Source: Anaerolineales bacterium (lineage in GTDB: Bacteria > Chloroflexota > Anaerolineae > Anaerolineales > Villigracilaceae). From it: a DNA stretch of 24,000 nucleotides. Every line of letters begins with the position of its first letter. Within the stretch, counting starts at the first letter, position 1. The position numbers and the translations under genes were made by a program. Below the pieces are notes generated by a model that worked only from the letters and a program-made list of their open reading frames with translations, did not search any database and was not told the origin of the DNA. The stretch lies in contig JBBFLV010000001.1 of assembly GCA_037478835.1 (NCBI GenBank), forward strand, positions 286,526 through 310,525, in the 5' to 3' direction. Of this stretch, positions 15,508 through 23,371 are shown in pieces.

Positions 15508-15531
15508 CTTTGAGCATCGCTTATCTCAAAG
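15508..15531 (+). other. Hairpin downstream of the NACHT gene (no U tract)
   Basis: CTTTGAG (15508-15514) pairs with CTCAAAG (15525-15531) across a 10-nt loop. It is followed by GGGGG, so it is not a classical intrinsic terminator. Confidence 0.3.
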
Positions 15532-15596
15532 GGGGATGTCGCCACGGCCACAAAAAATCCCACTGCCCGATTCATTGCTTTCAGAATCCAAGCTCT

Positions 15597-15659
15597 CTAA
15601 CCCCTACCCCCTAACCTCTAACCCCTAACCTCTAACCCCTAACCTCTAATCCTCCCCCT
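15597..15659. repeat. Heptamer tandem array CTAACCC/CTAACCT (family A variant)
   Basis: ctaaccc ctacccc ctaacct ctaaccc ctaacct ctaaccc ctaacct ctaatcc tccccct, with strict 7-nt phase. Confidence 0.9.
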
Positions 15660-15660
15660 C

Positions 15661-15690
15661 CACGGTCTACGGTCCACCGTCCACCGTCAA
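15661..15690. repeat. Family B copy (ACGGTCT ACGGTCC ACCGTCC ACCGTCA)
   Basis: The 19-mer GTCCACCGTCCACCGTCAA at 15672-15690 is identical to 11610-11628. Confidence 0.85.
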
Positions 15691-15714
15691 ATCAAGAAAT
15701 TTGTCATCCTGCCA

Positions 15715-15730
15715 TGTGATGAGTATCACG
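15715..15730 (+). promoter_or_regulatory. CRP/FNR-family-type palindromic operator TGTGA-N6-TCACg
   Basis: TGTGAtgagtaTCACg matches 9 of 10 positions of the CRP consensus TGTGA-N6-TCACA. Its centre lies about 42 nt upstream of the start site predicted from the -10 at 15753-15758. Confidence 0.55.
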
Positions 15731-15749
15731 ATGGGCAGGGCATGCCGCA

Positions 15750-15758
15750 TGCTACAAT
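15750..15758 (+). promoter_or_regulatory. Extended -10 promoter (TGcTACAAT) of the CODH/ACS operon
   Basis: aTGcTACAAT lies 77 nt upstream of ATG 15835. There is no recognisable -35; the palindrome occupies that position. Confidence 0.55.
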
Positions 15759-15834
15759 GTATTAAGCAGGATTTTATTTTAGAGGTTTGAGGTCACCATG
15801 TACAACACTTCATGATTCCCGTCAGGAGGTGGCT

Positions 15835-16215
15835 ATGGAAAAGGTCTCGTTTGTAGCGCCGGCGTTGTACGGTGATCACCATGTCACCGAGGTGCGGCGG
15901 ATGCTTCTTTCTCTGGAGGGGGTTACGGAAGTCTATGCCAGCAGTGCCTTTCACGTCATTGAAATCACCTACGATCCGCAAACGATCAATGCAGAACAAC
16001 TGAAGGCGACCCTGGAGCGCAGCGGCTATCTGGATGAATTGCCCGTGCCGGTCGAAGCACCGCCGCAAGGGGGACCCGGCGATGGTCACACCTTTTTCCG
16101 TCACACCGCGGTGATGGAAAACGTACGTCAAGTTACGTTTCTGCGCCCGGCACCCTATCAGGGGCGGCCTCTCTGGCCGTGCCCCGGCTTTGGGGTGTTG
16201 AAGGCGGAGGACTAG
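15835..16215 (+). CDS. Small HMA-fold-like protein lacking the CxxC metal site (hypothetical; possible metallochaperone)
   Basis: AGGAGG at 15824-15829 lies 5 nt before ATG 15835. The N-terminal 70 aa follow the HMA pattern (V.F..P.LYGDHHVTEVRRMLLSLEGVTEV...VIEITYDPQTINAEQLKATLERSGY), with LYGDHH where MxCxxC normally sits. Confidence 0.6.
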   Translation: MEKVSFVAPALYGDHHVTEVRRMLLSLEGVTEVYASSAFHVIEITYDPQTINAEQLKATLERSGYLDELPVPVEAPPQGGPGDGHTFFRHTAVMENVRQVTFLRPAPYQGRPLWPCPGFGVLKAED

Positions 16216-16249
16216 GTTTACGGAGAACCTCCGAGAAAGGCAGGGAGAT

Positions 16250-18268
16250 ATGCCTCGCAAACGCGAACTCCACGAATATTCCACCGATCCGGCCGCCCAA
16301 GAGATGTTGCGCCGGGCGGAAGAGATGGGTATTTCAACCGCTTTTACGCGCGCCGATGCCATGGTGCCTTGTAACATCGGCGGGGCCGGGATGTGTTGTA
16401 AGCAGTGCGGCATGGGACCCTGCCGCCTGACCAAAGAAGGGGATGTGGGCGTCTGCGGCGCCACGATCGACACCATCCAGGCACGCAACCTGACCCGTGC
16501 CATCGCCGCCGGCGCCGCGGCACACTCCGATCACGGGCGCGATATGGCCTTCCTGCTCAAGGCCACGGCCAAAGGCGAGGCCGAAGGCTACATGATCCGC
16601 GATATCGCCAAGCTGCGCATCGTGGCCTCGAAATACGGCATTCCGATCGAAAAACGCGCTCCGGAAGAGATCGCCTCCGACCTGGCCGATCTTTACATCG
16701 CCCAATTCGGCCAGCAGACGGGCGAGATCGTCCTGCCCACGCGAGCCCCGAAGAAACGACAGGAACTGTGGCGTAAGCTGGGCGTCTGGCCGCGGGGGTT
16801 GGACCGCGAAGTGGTCGAATGCCTGCACCGCACGCACATCGGCGACGATCAGGACCCGGAGCATATCCTGCACCATGCCGTGCGCACTGCCCTGGCCGAC
16901 GGTTGGGGCGGCTCGATGATCGCCACCGATGTTTCCGATATCCTCTTCGGCACCCCGGCGCCGATCTATGGACAAGCGAACCTGGGCGTGATCAAAGAGG
17001 ACATGGTCAACGTCATCGTCCATGGGCACGAACCCAGCCTGAGCGAAATGCTGGTCGCCGCCTCGCAGGACCCGGAGATCATCGCCTATGCCCGTGCGGC
17101 CGGCGCGAACGGCGTGAACTTGGCCGGCATCTGCTGCACGGCCAACGAAATCCTCATGCGTCAGGGCATTCCGGCGGCCGGGAATTTCCTCCATCAGGAG
17201 CTGGCCATCCTGACCGGCGCCGTGGAGGCCATGGTGGTGGATGTGCAATGCATTATGCAGGCTTTGGTAGGGCTGGCGCAGAACTTCCACACCCTGATCA
17301 TCACCACCTCGCCCAAGGTCAAGATTAAGGGAGCGACGCACATCGAGTTCGATGAGCACCGCGCCTATTCGATTGCCAAACAAATTCTGCGCACGGCAAT
17401 TGACAATTTCAGGAACCGTGAACGTGCCCGCGTGCACATTCCACAGGTGCGCGAGGATCTGATCCCCGGCTTTTCGCACGAATATATCAACTACATGCTC
17501 GGCGGCTCCTACCGCGGCTCGTTCCGTCCGCTCAACGATGCCATCATGGCCGGGCGCATTCGCGGTGTGGTCGCCGTGATCGGTTGCAACAACCCGCGCA
17601 CCAGTCAGGACTACCTGCACCATTACATCGTGCGCGAACTGCTCAAGCAGGATGTGCTCGTCGTCCAGACCGGTTGCGGCGCCATCGCTTCGGCCAAGCT
17701 TGGGTTGATGCTCGGCGAGGCCGGTTTGGAACAGGTCGGCCCCGGCCTGCGCGAGGTGTGCGAAGCGATCGGCATTCCGCCGGTGCTCCACATGGGTTCC
17801 TGCGTGGATAACACGCGCATTCTGACCGTGCTCACGCAAATGGTCGAAGAGGGTGGCCTGGGCGATGATATTGACCAGATCCCCGCCGTGGGCATGGCAC
17901 CGGAATGGATGAGCGAAAAGGCCCTGGCGATCGGCACCTATTGTGTGGCTTCGGGAGCCTACGTCATCTTCAGCGGCGCTTCGCCGATCAGCGGCATGCC
18001 CGATCGCGTCTCGGATAGCGACAAGGTGCTGCGTTATATCTCCGAAGGCTGGGAGAAACTCTACGGCGGCAAGATGGAATTCATCCCGGAGCCGCGGGAA
18101 ATCCTGGAGCGCACGCTGGCCCACATTGACAAGAAGCGCGCCGCGCTGGGCTTGCCGGCTTACGATCCCAGCCGTTGGGGCAAGAGCGGCGATCTGCTGA
18201 TCCATCAAATCGAAGCCCTACCGTTAGAGCAACGCCGTCAGGCGATCTACGGCCTGGCCGCCGATTGA
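16250..18268 (+). CDS. acsA: Ni-Fe-S carbon monoxide dehydrogenase catalytic subunit
   Basis: 672 aa. Cluster-ligand motifs VPCNIGGAGMCCKQCGMGPCRL, VHGHEPS, AGICCTANE, VIGCNNP and HMGSCVDN. Confidence 0.95.
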   Translation: MPRKRELHEYSTDPAAQEMLRRAEEMGISTAFTRADAMVPCNIGGAGMCCKQCGMGPCRLTKEGDVGVCGATIDTIQARNLTRAIAAGAAAHSDHGRDMAFLLKATAKGEAEGYMIRDIAKLRIVASKYGIPIEKRAPEEIASDLADLYIAQFGQQTGEIVLPTRAPKKRQELWRKLGVWPRGLDREVVECLHRTHIGDDQDPEHILHHAVRTALADGWGGSMIATDVSDILFGTPAPIYGQANLGVIKEDMVNVIVHGHEPSLSEMLVAASQDPEIIAYARAAGANGVNLAGICCTANEILMRQGIPAAGNFLHQELAILTGAVEAMVVDVQCIMQALVGLAQNFHTLIITTSPKVKIKGATHIEFDEHRAYSIAKQILRTAIDNFRNRERARVHIPQVREDLIPGFSHEYINYMLGGSYRGSFRPLNDAIMAGRIRGVVAVIGCNNPRTSQDYLHHYIVRELLKQDVLVVQTGCGAIASAKLGLMLGEAGLEQVGPGLREVCEAIGIPPVLHMGSCVDNTRILTVLTQMVEEGGLGDDIDQIPAVGMAPEWMSEKALAIGTYCVASGAYVIFSGASPISGMPDRVSDSDKVLRYISEGWEKLYGGKMEFIPEPREILERTLAHIDKKRAALGLPAYDPSRWGKSGDLLIHQIEALPLEQRRQAIYGLAAD

Positions 18269-18281
18269 GTAAGGAGGGAGT

Positions 18282-20564
18282 ATGTCACGGTATATCGCTA
18301 CCCGTGCCATCCGTGGCGCCCATGCTCTGGTCACAGAGGCCGAGCTGATGCTCAAAAAGGCCCTCGCCGAAAAGGGGCCGGAGACGCCGGTCGCCTTCCC
18401 GAACACCGCCTACTACCTGCCGGTGATCTACGGGATGACCGGCATCGCCGTGGAAAAATTGGGCGATCTGCGTCCGGTGTTGGAACATGCCCGTCGTCTG
18501 CTCCACCCCCTGCCCTCTGAGCGCTATTGGACGCCCTACCTGGGAGAAACGCTTGATTCGGGCATGGCCACCCTGCTGGCCGCCGAGGCCATCGAGGCCA
18601 TTCGCTTCGTTTACGGCTTGCAACCCGAACCCATGCCCGGCTTCAGGTTGGCCGGCGGCACGTCCTTTACTTCCCCGGATTCCGGCCTGGAGCAGGCCGA
18701 TGGTCACCTGAACGGGCCGATTGACGATATTCAGCTGCGCTCTTGGGGCATTCAGCTGGTGGATGGGCGCATGCCCGGCTTTGCCGCCATCGTCGGCTGT
18801 GCCAAATCGAATGAAGTGGCGGTCAAAATCGTGCGTGAGCTGCAACGGCGCAACATCCTGTGCTTCTTGAGCGGAAATGTCAACGGTCGTAGCATCATCC
18901 ATCAGCTGATCGAGGAGGGCGTGGAGCTGGGCTACGATACGTACACCGTGCCCTTCGGCACCGATACCATCAGCGCCATCTACGCCCTGGGCTTTGCCGT
19001 GCGTTCGGCGCTGACCTTCGGCGGGCTGAAAGGGGGACAGGCGCGCGAAATTTTGCTCTATAACAAGGAGCGCGTCTTCGCCTTTGTCCTGGCGCTGGGC
19101 GAAGTGGATGACCTGAAGTACGCCGCGGCCGCCGGAGCGATTAACTTCGGCTTCCCGGTCATTGCCGATACGGTCATCCCGCAGATTTTGCCCACCGGCG
19201 TCACCACCTATGAGCATGTCGTCTCCATGCCCTTTGACCAGATCGAGGGCAAGGACGATCTGGAGCGTGCCGAGCGTCTGGTGCAGAAATGCATTGAGGT
19301 GCGCGGCGTCAAGGTCAAGGTCTCGCAGGTGGACATCCCCGTCCCGTATGGTTCGGCCTTCGAGGGCGAGGTAGTGCGCAAGGCGGATTTGCGCGTCGAA
19401 TTCGGCGGGAAGCACAGTCGCTGTTTTGAATATCTCTATATGGCCCCGTTGGATGAAGTGGTGGACGGCCGCATTCAGGTGATCGGCAAGACGTTCGAGG
19501 ATGTTCCCGTCCAGGGCTCGATGGATATGGGCATCGTGGTCAAGGTGGCCGGGCGCAATATGCAGCAAGATTTTGAGCCGGTGCTCGAACGTCAGATTCA
19601 CTATTTCATCAACGGCGCCTCCGGCATTCAGCACATCGGTCAGCGCGATATTGCCTGGATCCGCATCTCGAACAATGCCGCGGCGAAAGGCTTCTCGCTG
19701 GAGCACTTCGGCAAGATCCTCCATGCCCGTTTCCATGAGGATTTCGGCGCCATTGTGGATAAGGTGGAGGTGATGATCATCACCGACCCGGCGCTTCATG
19801 CCGAATGGCTGGAGAAGGCGCGCCAAGCCTACGATCAGCGCAACCGCCGCTTGGCCGATCTGACCGATGAGAAAGTGGAAGAGTTTTACTCGTGCACTCT
19901 ATGCCAATCCTTCGCGCCGAATCACGTCTGCATCGTCTCGCCGGAGCGCTTAGGACTGTGCGGTGCTTATAACTGGCTGGACTGCAAAGCTTCCTACAAC
20001 ATCAACCCCACCGGGCCGAACCAGCCGATCAAACTGGGCAAGTTGCTCGACCCGGTCAAGGGCTATTGGGAAGGGACCAACCAATATGCCAAGATCGGCT
20101 CTCACGGGGCGGTTGAGCAAGTGGCGATGTATTCGATCATGGAAAATCCGATGACCGCCTGTGGCTGCTTTGAGTGCATCGTCATGCTCATCCCGGAGGC
20201 CAACGGTGTGATGGTGGTCAGCCGTGAAGATTCCAGCATGACCCCGGCCGGCATGACCTTTTCCACCCTGGCCGGCATTGCCGGTGGTGGCCTGCAGACC
20301 CCCGGCGTGATGGGCGTCGGCAAATACTATCTCCTCAGCCCTAAGTTCATCAAGGCCGATGGCGGTTTCAAACGCGTCGTCTGGATGTCGAGCATCCTCA
20401 AAGAGACCATGGCCGAGGAATTGAAGCAGGTGGCCATCCGCGAGGGCGATCCAGACCTGATCGAAAAGATCGCCGATGAGCGCTACGTGACCACCGTGGA
20501 GGAACTGCTGGCCTGGCTGGAGGAGCACAACCATCCGGCGCTGACCATGCCGCCGATCTTTTAG
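18282..20564 (+). CDS. acsB: Acetyl-CoA synthase (A-cluster subunit)
   Basis: AGGAGGGAG precedes ATG 18282. 760 aa. Motifs FPNTAYYLPVIYG, CTLCQSFAPNHVCIVSPERLGLCG and the Cys-Gly-Cys motif TACGCFECIV. Confidence 0.95.
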   Translation: MSRYIATRAIRGAHALVTEAELMLKKALAEKGPETPVAFPNTAYYLPVIYGMTGIAVEKLGDLRPVLEHARRLLHPLPSERYWTPYLGETLDSGMATLLAAEAIEAIRFVYGLQPEPMPGFRLAGGTSFTSPDSGLEQADGHLNGPIDDIQLRSWGIQLVDGRMPGFAAIVGCAKSNEVAVKIVRELQRRNILCFLSGNVNGRSIIHQLIEEGVELGYDTYTVPFGTDTISAIYALGFAVRSALTFGGLKGGQAREILLYNKERVFAFVLALGEVDDLKYAAAAGAINFGFPVIADTVIPQILPTGVTTYEHVVSMPFDQIEGKDDLERAERLVQKCIEVRGVKVKVSQVDIPVPYGSAFEGEVVRKADLRVEFGGKHSRCFEYLYMAPLDEVVDGRIQVIGKTFEDVPVQGSMDMGIVVKVAGRNMQQDFEPVLERQIHYFINGASGIQHIGQRDIAWIRISNNAAAKGFSLEHFGKILHARFHEDFGAIVDKVEVMIITDPALHAEWLEKARQAYDQRNRRLADLTDEKVEEFYSCTLCQSFAPNHVCIVSPERLGLCGAYNWLDCKASYNINPTGPNQPIKLGKLLDPVKGYWEGTNQYAKIGSHGAVEQVAMYSIMENPMTACGCFECIVMLIPEANGVMVVSREDSSMTPAGMTFSTLAGIAGGGLQTPGVMGVGKYYLLSPKFIKADGGFKRVVWMSSILKETMAEELKQVAIREGDPDLIEKIADERYVTTVEELLAWLEEHNHPALTMPPIF

Positions 20565-20574
20565 CGGAGGTGCC

Positions 20575-21069
20575 ATGAAACCCCTCCTCGTCCGCGATCT
20601 GATGACGGTCGGTGTGCCGACCTGCAAGCGGGATACGCCGGTGCGCCAGGTGGCACGTCTCCTGGTGGAGAAGGACTTGGAGGCTGTGTGTGTATTGGAT
20701 GAGGAGGGGAACGGCATCGGTGTGGTCGGTTTGGAAGAGATCATCGCCGCTTACGGTCGGGAGGGCCTGGAGGACCTGCCTGCCGAAGCCATCATGCGCG
20801 AAGGCATGCCCACGCTGAAGCCGGATATGCCCCTCACCCTGGCCGCTCAATTCATGCGCGATCAGCGCACCCGCATTGCCTATATGACCCACAATGCCGC
20901 CGGCATCATCTATCCGGCGGCCTATATCACCTACCGTCACTTTTTGCGCTATTTGGCGGCGGTAAGCCCGGAAGAACTGCGCGATCTGGGCATTGCTGCC
21001 AGCCGTAAATCTCCGTTGGAAGCGTTTGCAGAGCGCCGTGAACGCAAGCGCAAAGAATTGCTCGGTTGA
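20575..21069 (+). CDS. CBS-domain pair protein
   Basis: 164 aa. Two CBS-like modules (VRDLMTVGVPTCKRDTPVRQVARLLVEKDLEAVCVLDEEGNGIGVVGLEEII and AIMREGMPTLKPDMPLTLAAQFMRDQRTRIAYM). 10 nt after acsB and 17 nt before acsD. Confidence 0.8.
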   Translation: MKPLLVRDLMTVGVPTCKRDTPVRQVARLLVEKDLEAVCVLDEEGNGIGVVGLEEIIAAYGREGLEDLPAEAIMREGMPTLKPDMPLTLAAQFMRDQRTRIAYMTHNAAGIIYPAAYITYRHFLRYLAAVSPEELRDLGIAASRKSPLEAFAERRERKRKELLG

Positions 21070-21086
21070 TCTCATCGGAGTTGCCT

Positions 21087-22031
21087 ATGCCCATCGAAAT
21101 CCCGAAAGACAAATGGCCTGGTAGTGTGCGAACGGTCACGCTGGGCGCCACCCCTGCCGAAGGAGGCACGCGCACCCGCACCGTGACCGTGGGTGGTCAT
21201 ACCACCCTGCCGTTCCTGAGCTTCGAGGCGCCGATTGCCTCTCCGCCTGTTCTGGCGATCGAGATCCGCTCTCGCCCGCCGGAGGATTGGTCGCCCTTGC
21301 TCTTGCAGGTCTGGGGGGATGTGGTGAACGATCTCGCCGCCTGGGCCAAAGCCGCCGAAGCGGCCGGCGCCGATCTGTTGGTGTTGGCGCTGAGCGTTGA
21401 AGATTCGCCGCAAAGCGCCGTCGAAAGCGTCAAGAAGGTGTTGGCGGCCAGCGGGTTGCCGCTCATCGTCTGGGGGCCCGGCCAGGCCGAAAAAGATAAC
21501 GAACTGCTCGTGCCCGTGGCCGAGGCGACCAAAGGCGAGCGCCTGGTCCTGGGCATTTGCGAGGACAAGAACTACCGCACGATCGTGGCGGCGGCGATGG
21601 CGAACGGTCACCTGGTTCAGGCGCGCACGCCGATGGATGTCAACCTCTCCAAGCAGTTGAATATCCTGATCAGCGATATGGGCATGCCCAAGGATCGCAT
21701 TCTGATGGACCCGACCACCGGCGCGCTCGGATACGGCATCGAATACGGTTATTCTGTGATGGAGCGCTTGCGCCTGGCCGCGCTGCAGGGTGATGCCATG
21801 ACGCAATCCCCGATCATTGTCACCCCTGGCTATGAGGCCTGGAAGACGAAAGAGGCCAAAGTCGGAGAAGGGGTGCCCTCGGCCTGGGGCGAATGGAGCG
21901 AGCGTGCCATCCAGTGGGAGGTGCTCACTGCTCTGCCGCTGATCGAGGCCGGCGCCGATATCCTCGTCTTGCGTCATCCGGAATCGCTACGGCGGCTACG
22001 CCTTGCGATTCAGGAACTGTGTGCGGCATAA
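21087..22031 (+). CDS. acsD: Corrinoid iron-sulfur protein small (delta) subunit
   Basis: GGAG lies 6 nt before ATG 21087. N-terminus MPIEIPKDKWPGSVRTVTLGATPAEGGTRTRTVTVGGHTTLPF, typical of AcsD/CdhD TIM-barrel subunits. Alternative TTG start at 21066 overlaps the CBS stop. Confidence 0.85.
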   Translation: MPIEIPKDKWPGSVRTVTLGATPAEGGTRTRTVTVGGHTTLPFLSFEAPIASPPVLAIEIRSRPPEDWSPLLLQVWGDVVNDLAAWAKAAEAAGADLLVLALSVEDSPQSAVESVKKVLAASGLPLIVWGPGQAEKDNELLVPVAEATKGERLVLGICEDKNYRTIVAAAMANGHLVQARTPMDVNLSKQLNILISDMGMPKDRILMDPTTGALGYGIEYGYSVMERLRLAALQGDAMTQSPIIVTPGYEAWKTKEAKVGEGVPSAWGEWSERAIQWEVLTALPLIEAGADILVLRHPESLRRLRLAIQELCAA

Positions 22032-22041
22032 GGAGGCACTC

Positions 22042-23364
22042 ATGGCTCTCACCGGCATCCAGATCTATAAACTTTTGCCCCAGACGAACTGCAAAGAATG
22101 CGGCTTTCCCACCTGCCTGGCCTTTGCGATGAAATTGGCCGCCAAACAGGTGGAATTGAGCGCCTGCCCCTACGTTAGCGAAGAGGCCAAGCGTCAGCTG
22201 GCCGAATCAGCGGCTCCGCCCATCCGTCTGGTGAGCCTGCGCTCGGCGAGCCAGGAAGTCAAGGCCGGCAACGAAACCTGCCTCTTCCGCCACGAAAAGA
22301 CGTTCTACAACCGTCCCGGCATCTTTTTGCGCCTGCGCCCGAACGAGGCAGGCTGGAAAGAAACCCTGCAACAGGCCGCCGGCTGGAAGGTCAGCTATGT
22401 GGGGGTGGAGCTGGGGTTGGATGGCTTCGCCGTGGAGATCGAAGACGAAGCAAGCGCCGCGGCCGTCCGTGAGTTGCGGGCTCTTGTGGCGCATCCCCTC
22501 ATCCTGATCGGCAAAGACCCTGCGGCATTGCGTGCCGCCCTGGAAGCCTTGCGCGGCGAGACGCCTCTGCTGTATGCCGCCGAGGCCTCGAACTGGGAAG
22601 CGATGGCCGATCTGGCCAAAGAATACCGGGCGGCCCTCACCGTGCGCGCCGCCGACCTGGACTCCCTCGCCGACCTCACGCAGAAGGTGCAGGCGCGCGG
22701 CGTGGAGGACCTCGTGCTTGATCTGGGGACCTCGCAGCTGGGGCCCTGGCTGACGCGTTCGACCGTGGTGCGGCGCATGGCGCTCAAGAACTTCCGTCCG
22801 TTCGGCTATCCGGTGCTGGCCTGGCGCACAGAGCCACCTTCGGAGCTGGAGGCGCCTTTCATCGCCCAAGCGATCGCCAAATATGCCGGGTTCATCATCG
22901 TCAATACCTTTGCTCCCGAAATGCTCTATCCGCTCCTGGTCTTGCGGCAGAATATCTACACCGATCCGCAGAAACCGATCCAGGTCCAACCCGGCCTCTA
23001 CGAGATCAACGCTCCGAAGCCGGATTCGCCAGTGCTGGTGACGACGAACTTCAGCATCACCTATTTCTCGGTGGCGAACGAAGTGGAGGGCTCTGGGCTG
23101 CCGGCCTGGCTGGTGGTGACCGATGCGGAGGGCATGTCGGTGCTCACGGCCTGGGCAGCCGGCAAATTCGATGCCGAGCGCATTGCCAAAGCCATCCGCA
23201 CCTTTGAAGTGGATGGCAAAGTGACCCGCAAGCGCCTGGTCATCCCCGGCCATGTGGCCGTGCTCTCCGGCGAACTGGAAGAAGAATTGCCCGATTGGGA
23301 GATCCGCGTCGGGCCGCGCGAGGCGGTGGATATTCCGGCCTTCATCCGTCAGGCACTGAATTGA
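22042..23364 (+). CDS. acsC: Corrinoid iron-sulfur protein large (gamma) subunit
   Basis: AGGAGG at 22031-22036 lies 5 nt before ATG 22042. N-terminal 4Fe-4S motif LPQTNCKECGFPTCLAFAMKLAAKQVELSACP. 440 aa. Confidence 0.9.
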   Translation: MALTGIQIYKLLPQTNCKECGFPTCLAFAMKLAAKQVELSACPYVSEEAKRQLAESAAPPIRLVSLRSASQEVKAGNETCLFRHEKTFYNRPGIFLRLRPNEAGWKETLQQAAGWKVSYVGVELGLDGFAVEIEDEASAAAVRELRALVAHPLILIGKDPAALRAALEALRGETPLLYAAEASNWEAMADLAKEYRAALTVRAADLDSLADLTQKVQARGVEDLVLDLGTSQLGPWLTRSTVVRRMALKNFRPFGYPVLAWRTEPPSELEAPFIAQAIAKYAGFIIVNTFAPEMLYPLLVLRQNIYTDPQKPIQVQPGLYEINAPKPDSPVLVTTNFSITYFSVANEVEGSGLPAWLVVTDAEGMSVLTAWAAGKFDAERIAKAIRTFEVDGKVTRKRLVIPGHVAVLSGELEEELPDWEIRVGPREAVDIPAFIRQALN

Positions 23365-23371
23365 GGAGAAC

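Noticed and set aside
15597-15659. Telomere-like (TTAGGGG/TTAGAGG)n on the minus strand, and G-quadruplex potential from five runs of at least four G.
   Set aside because: It is internal to a gene-dense bacterial segment, so it is not a chromosome end. The G-runs are separated by loops of up to 10-15 nt, so a stable G4 is doubtful. It is kept only as a family A repeat.
12423-15700. tRNA-Lys-associated integrated genomic island carrying the NACHT gene.
   Set aside because: There is no integrase, no excisionase, and no direct repeat of the tRNA 3' end that I can find downstream of the gene. Only the internal HEAT block is compositionally foreign. The context is suggestive, but an island call is unsupported.
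16334-18208. Long antisense and out-of-frame ORFs throughout the window, for example 16334-18208(-), 18285-19826(-), 2516-4063(-), 4457-5512(-), 5509-6540(-), 21072-21977(-), 22207-23373(-), 10812-11615(-).
   Set aside because: They lie opposite or overlapping genes with strong family motifs. Their translations are Arg/Gly/Ala/Pro-rich low-complexity sequence with no motifs. Stop-poor alternative frames are expected at about 70% GC.
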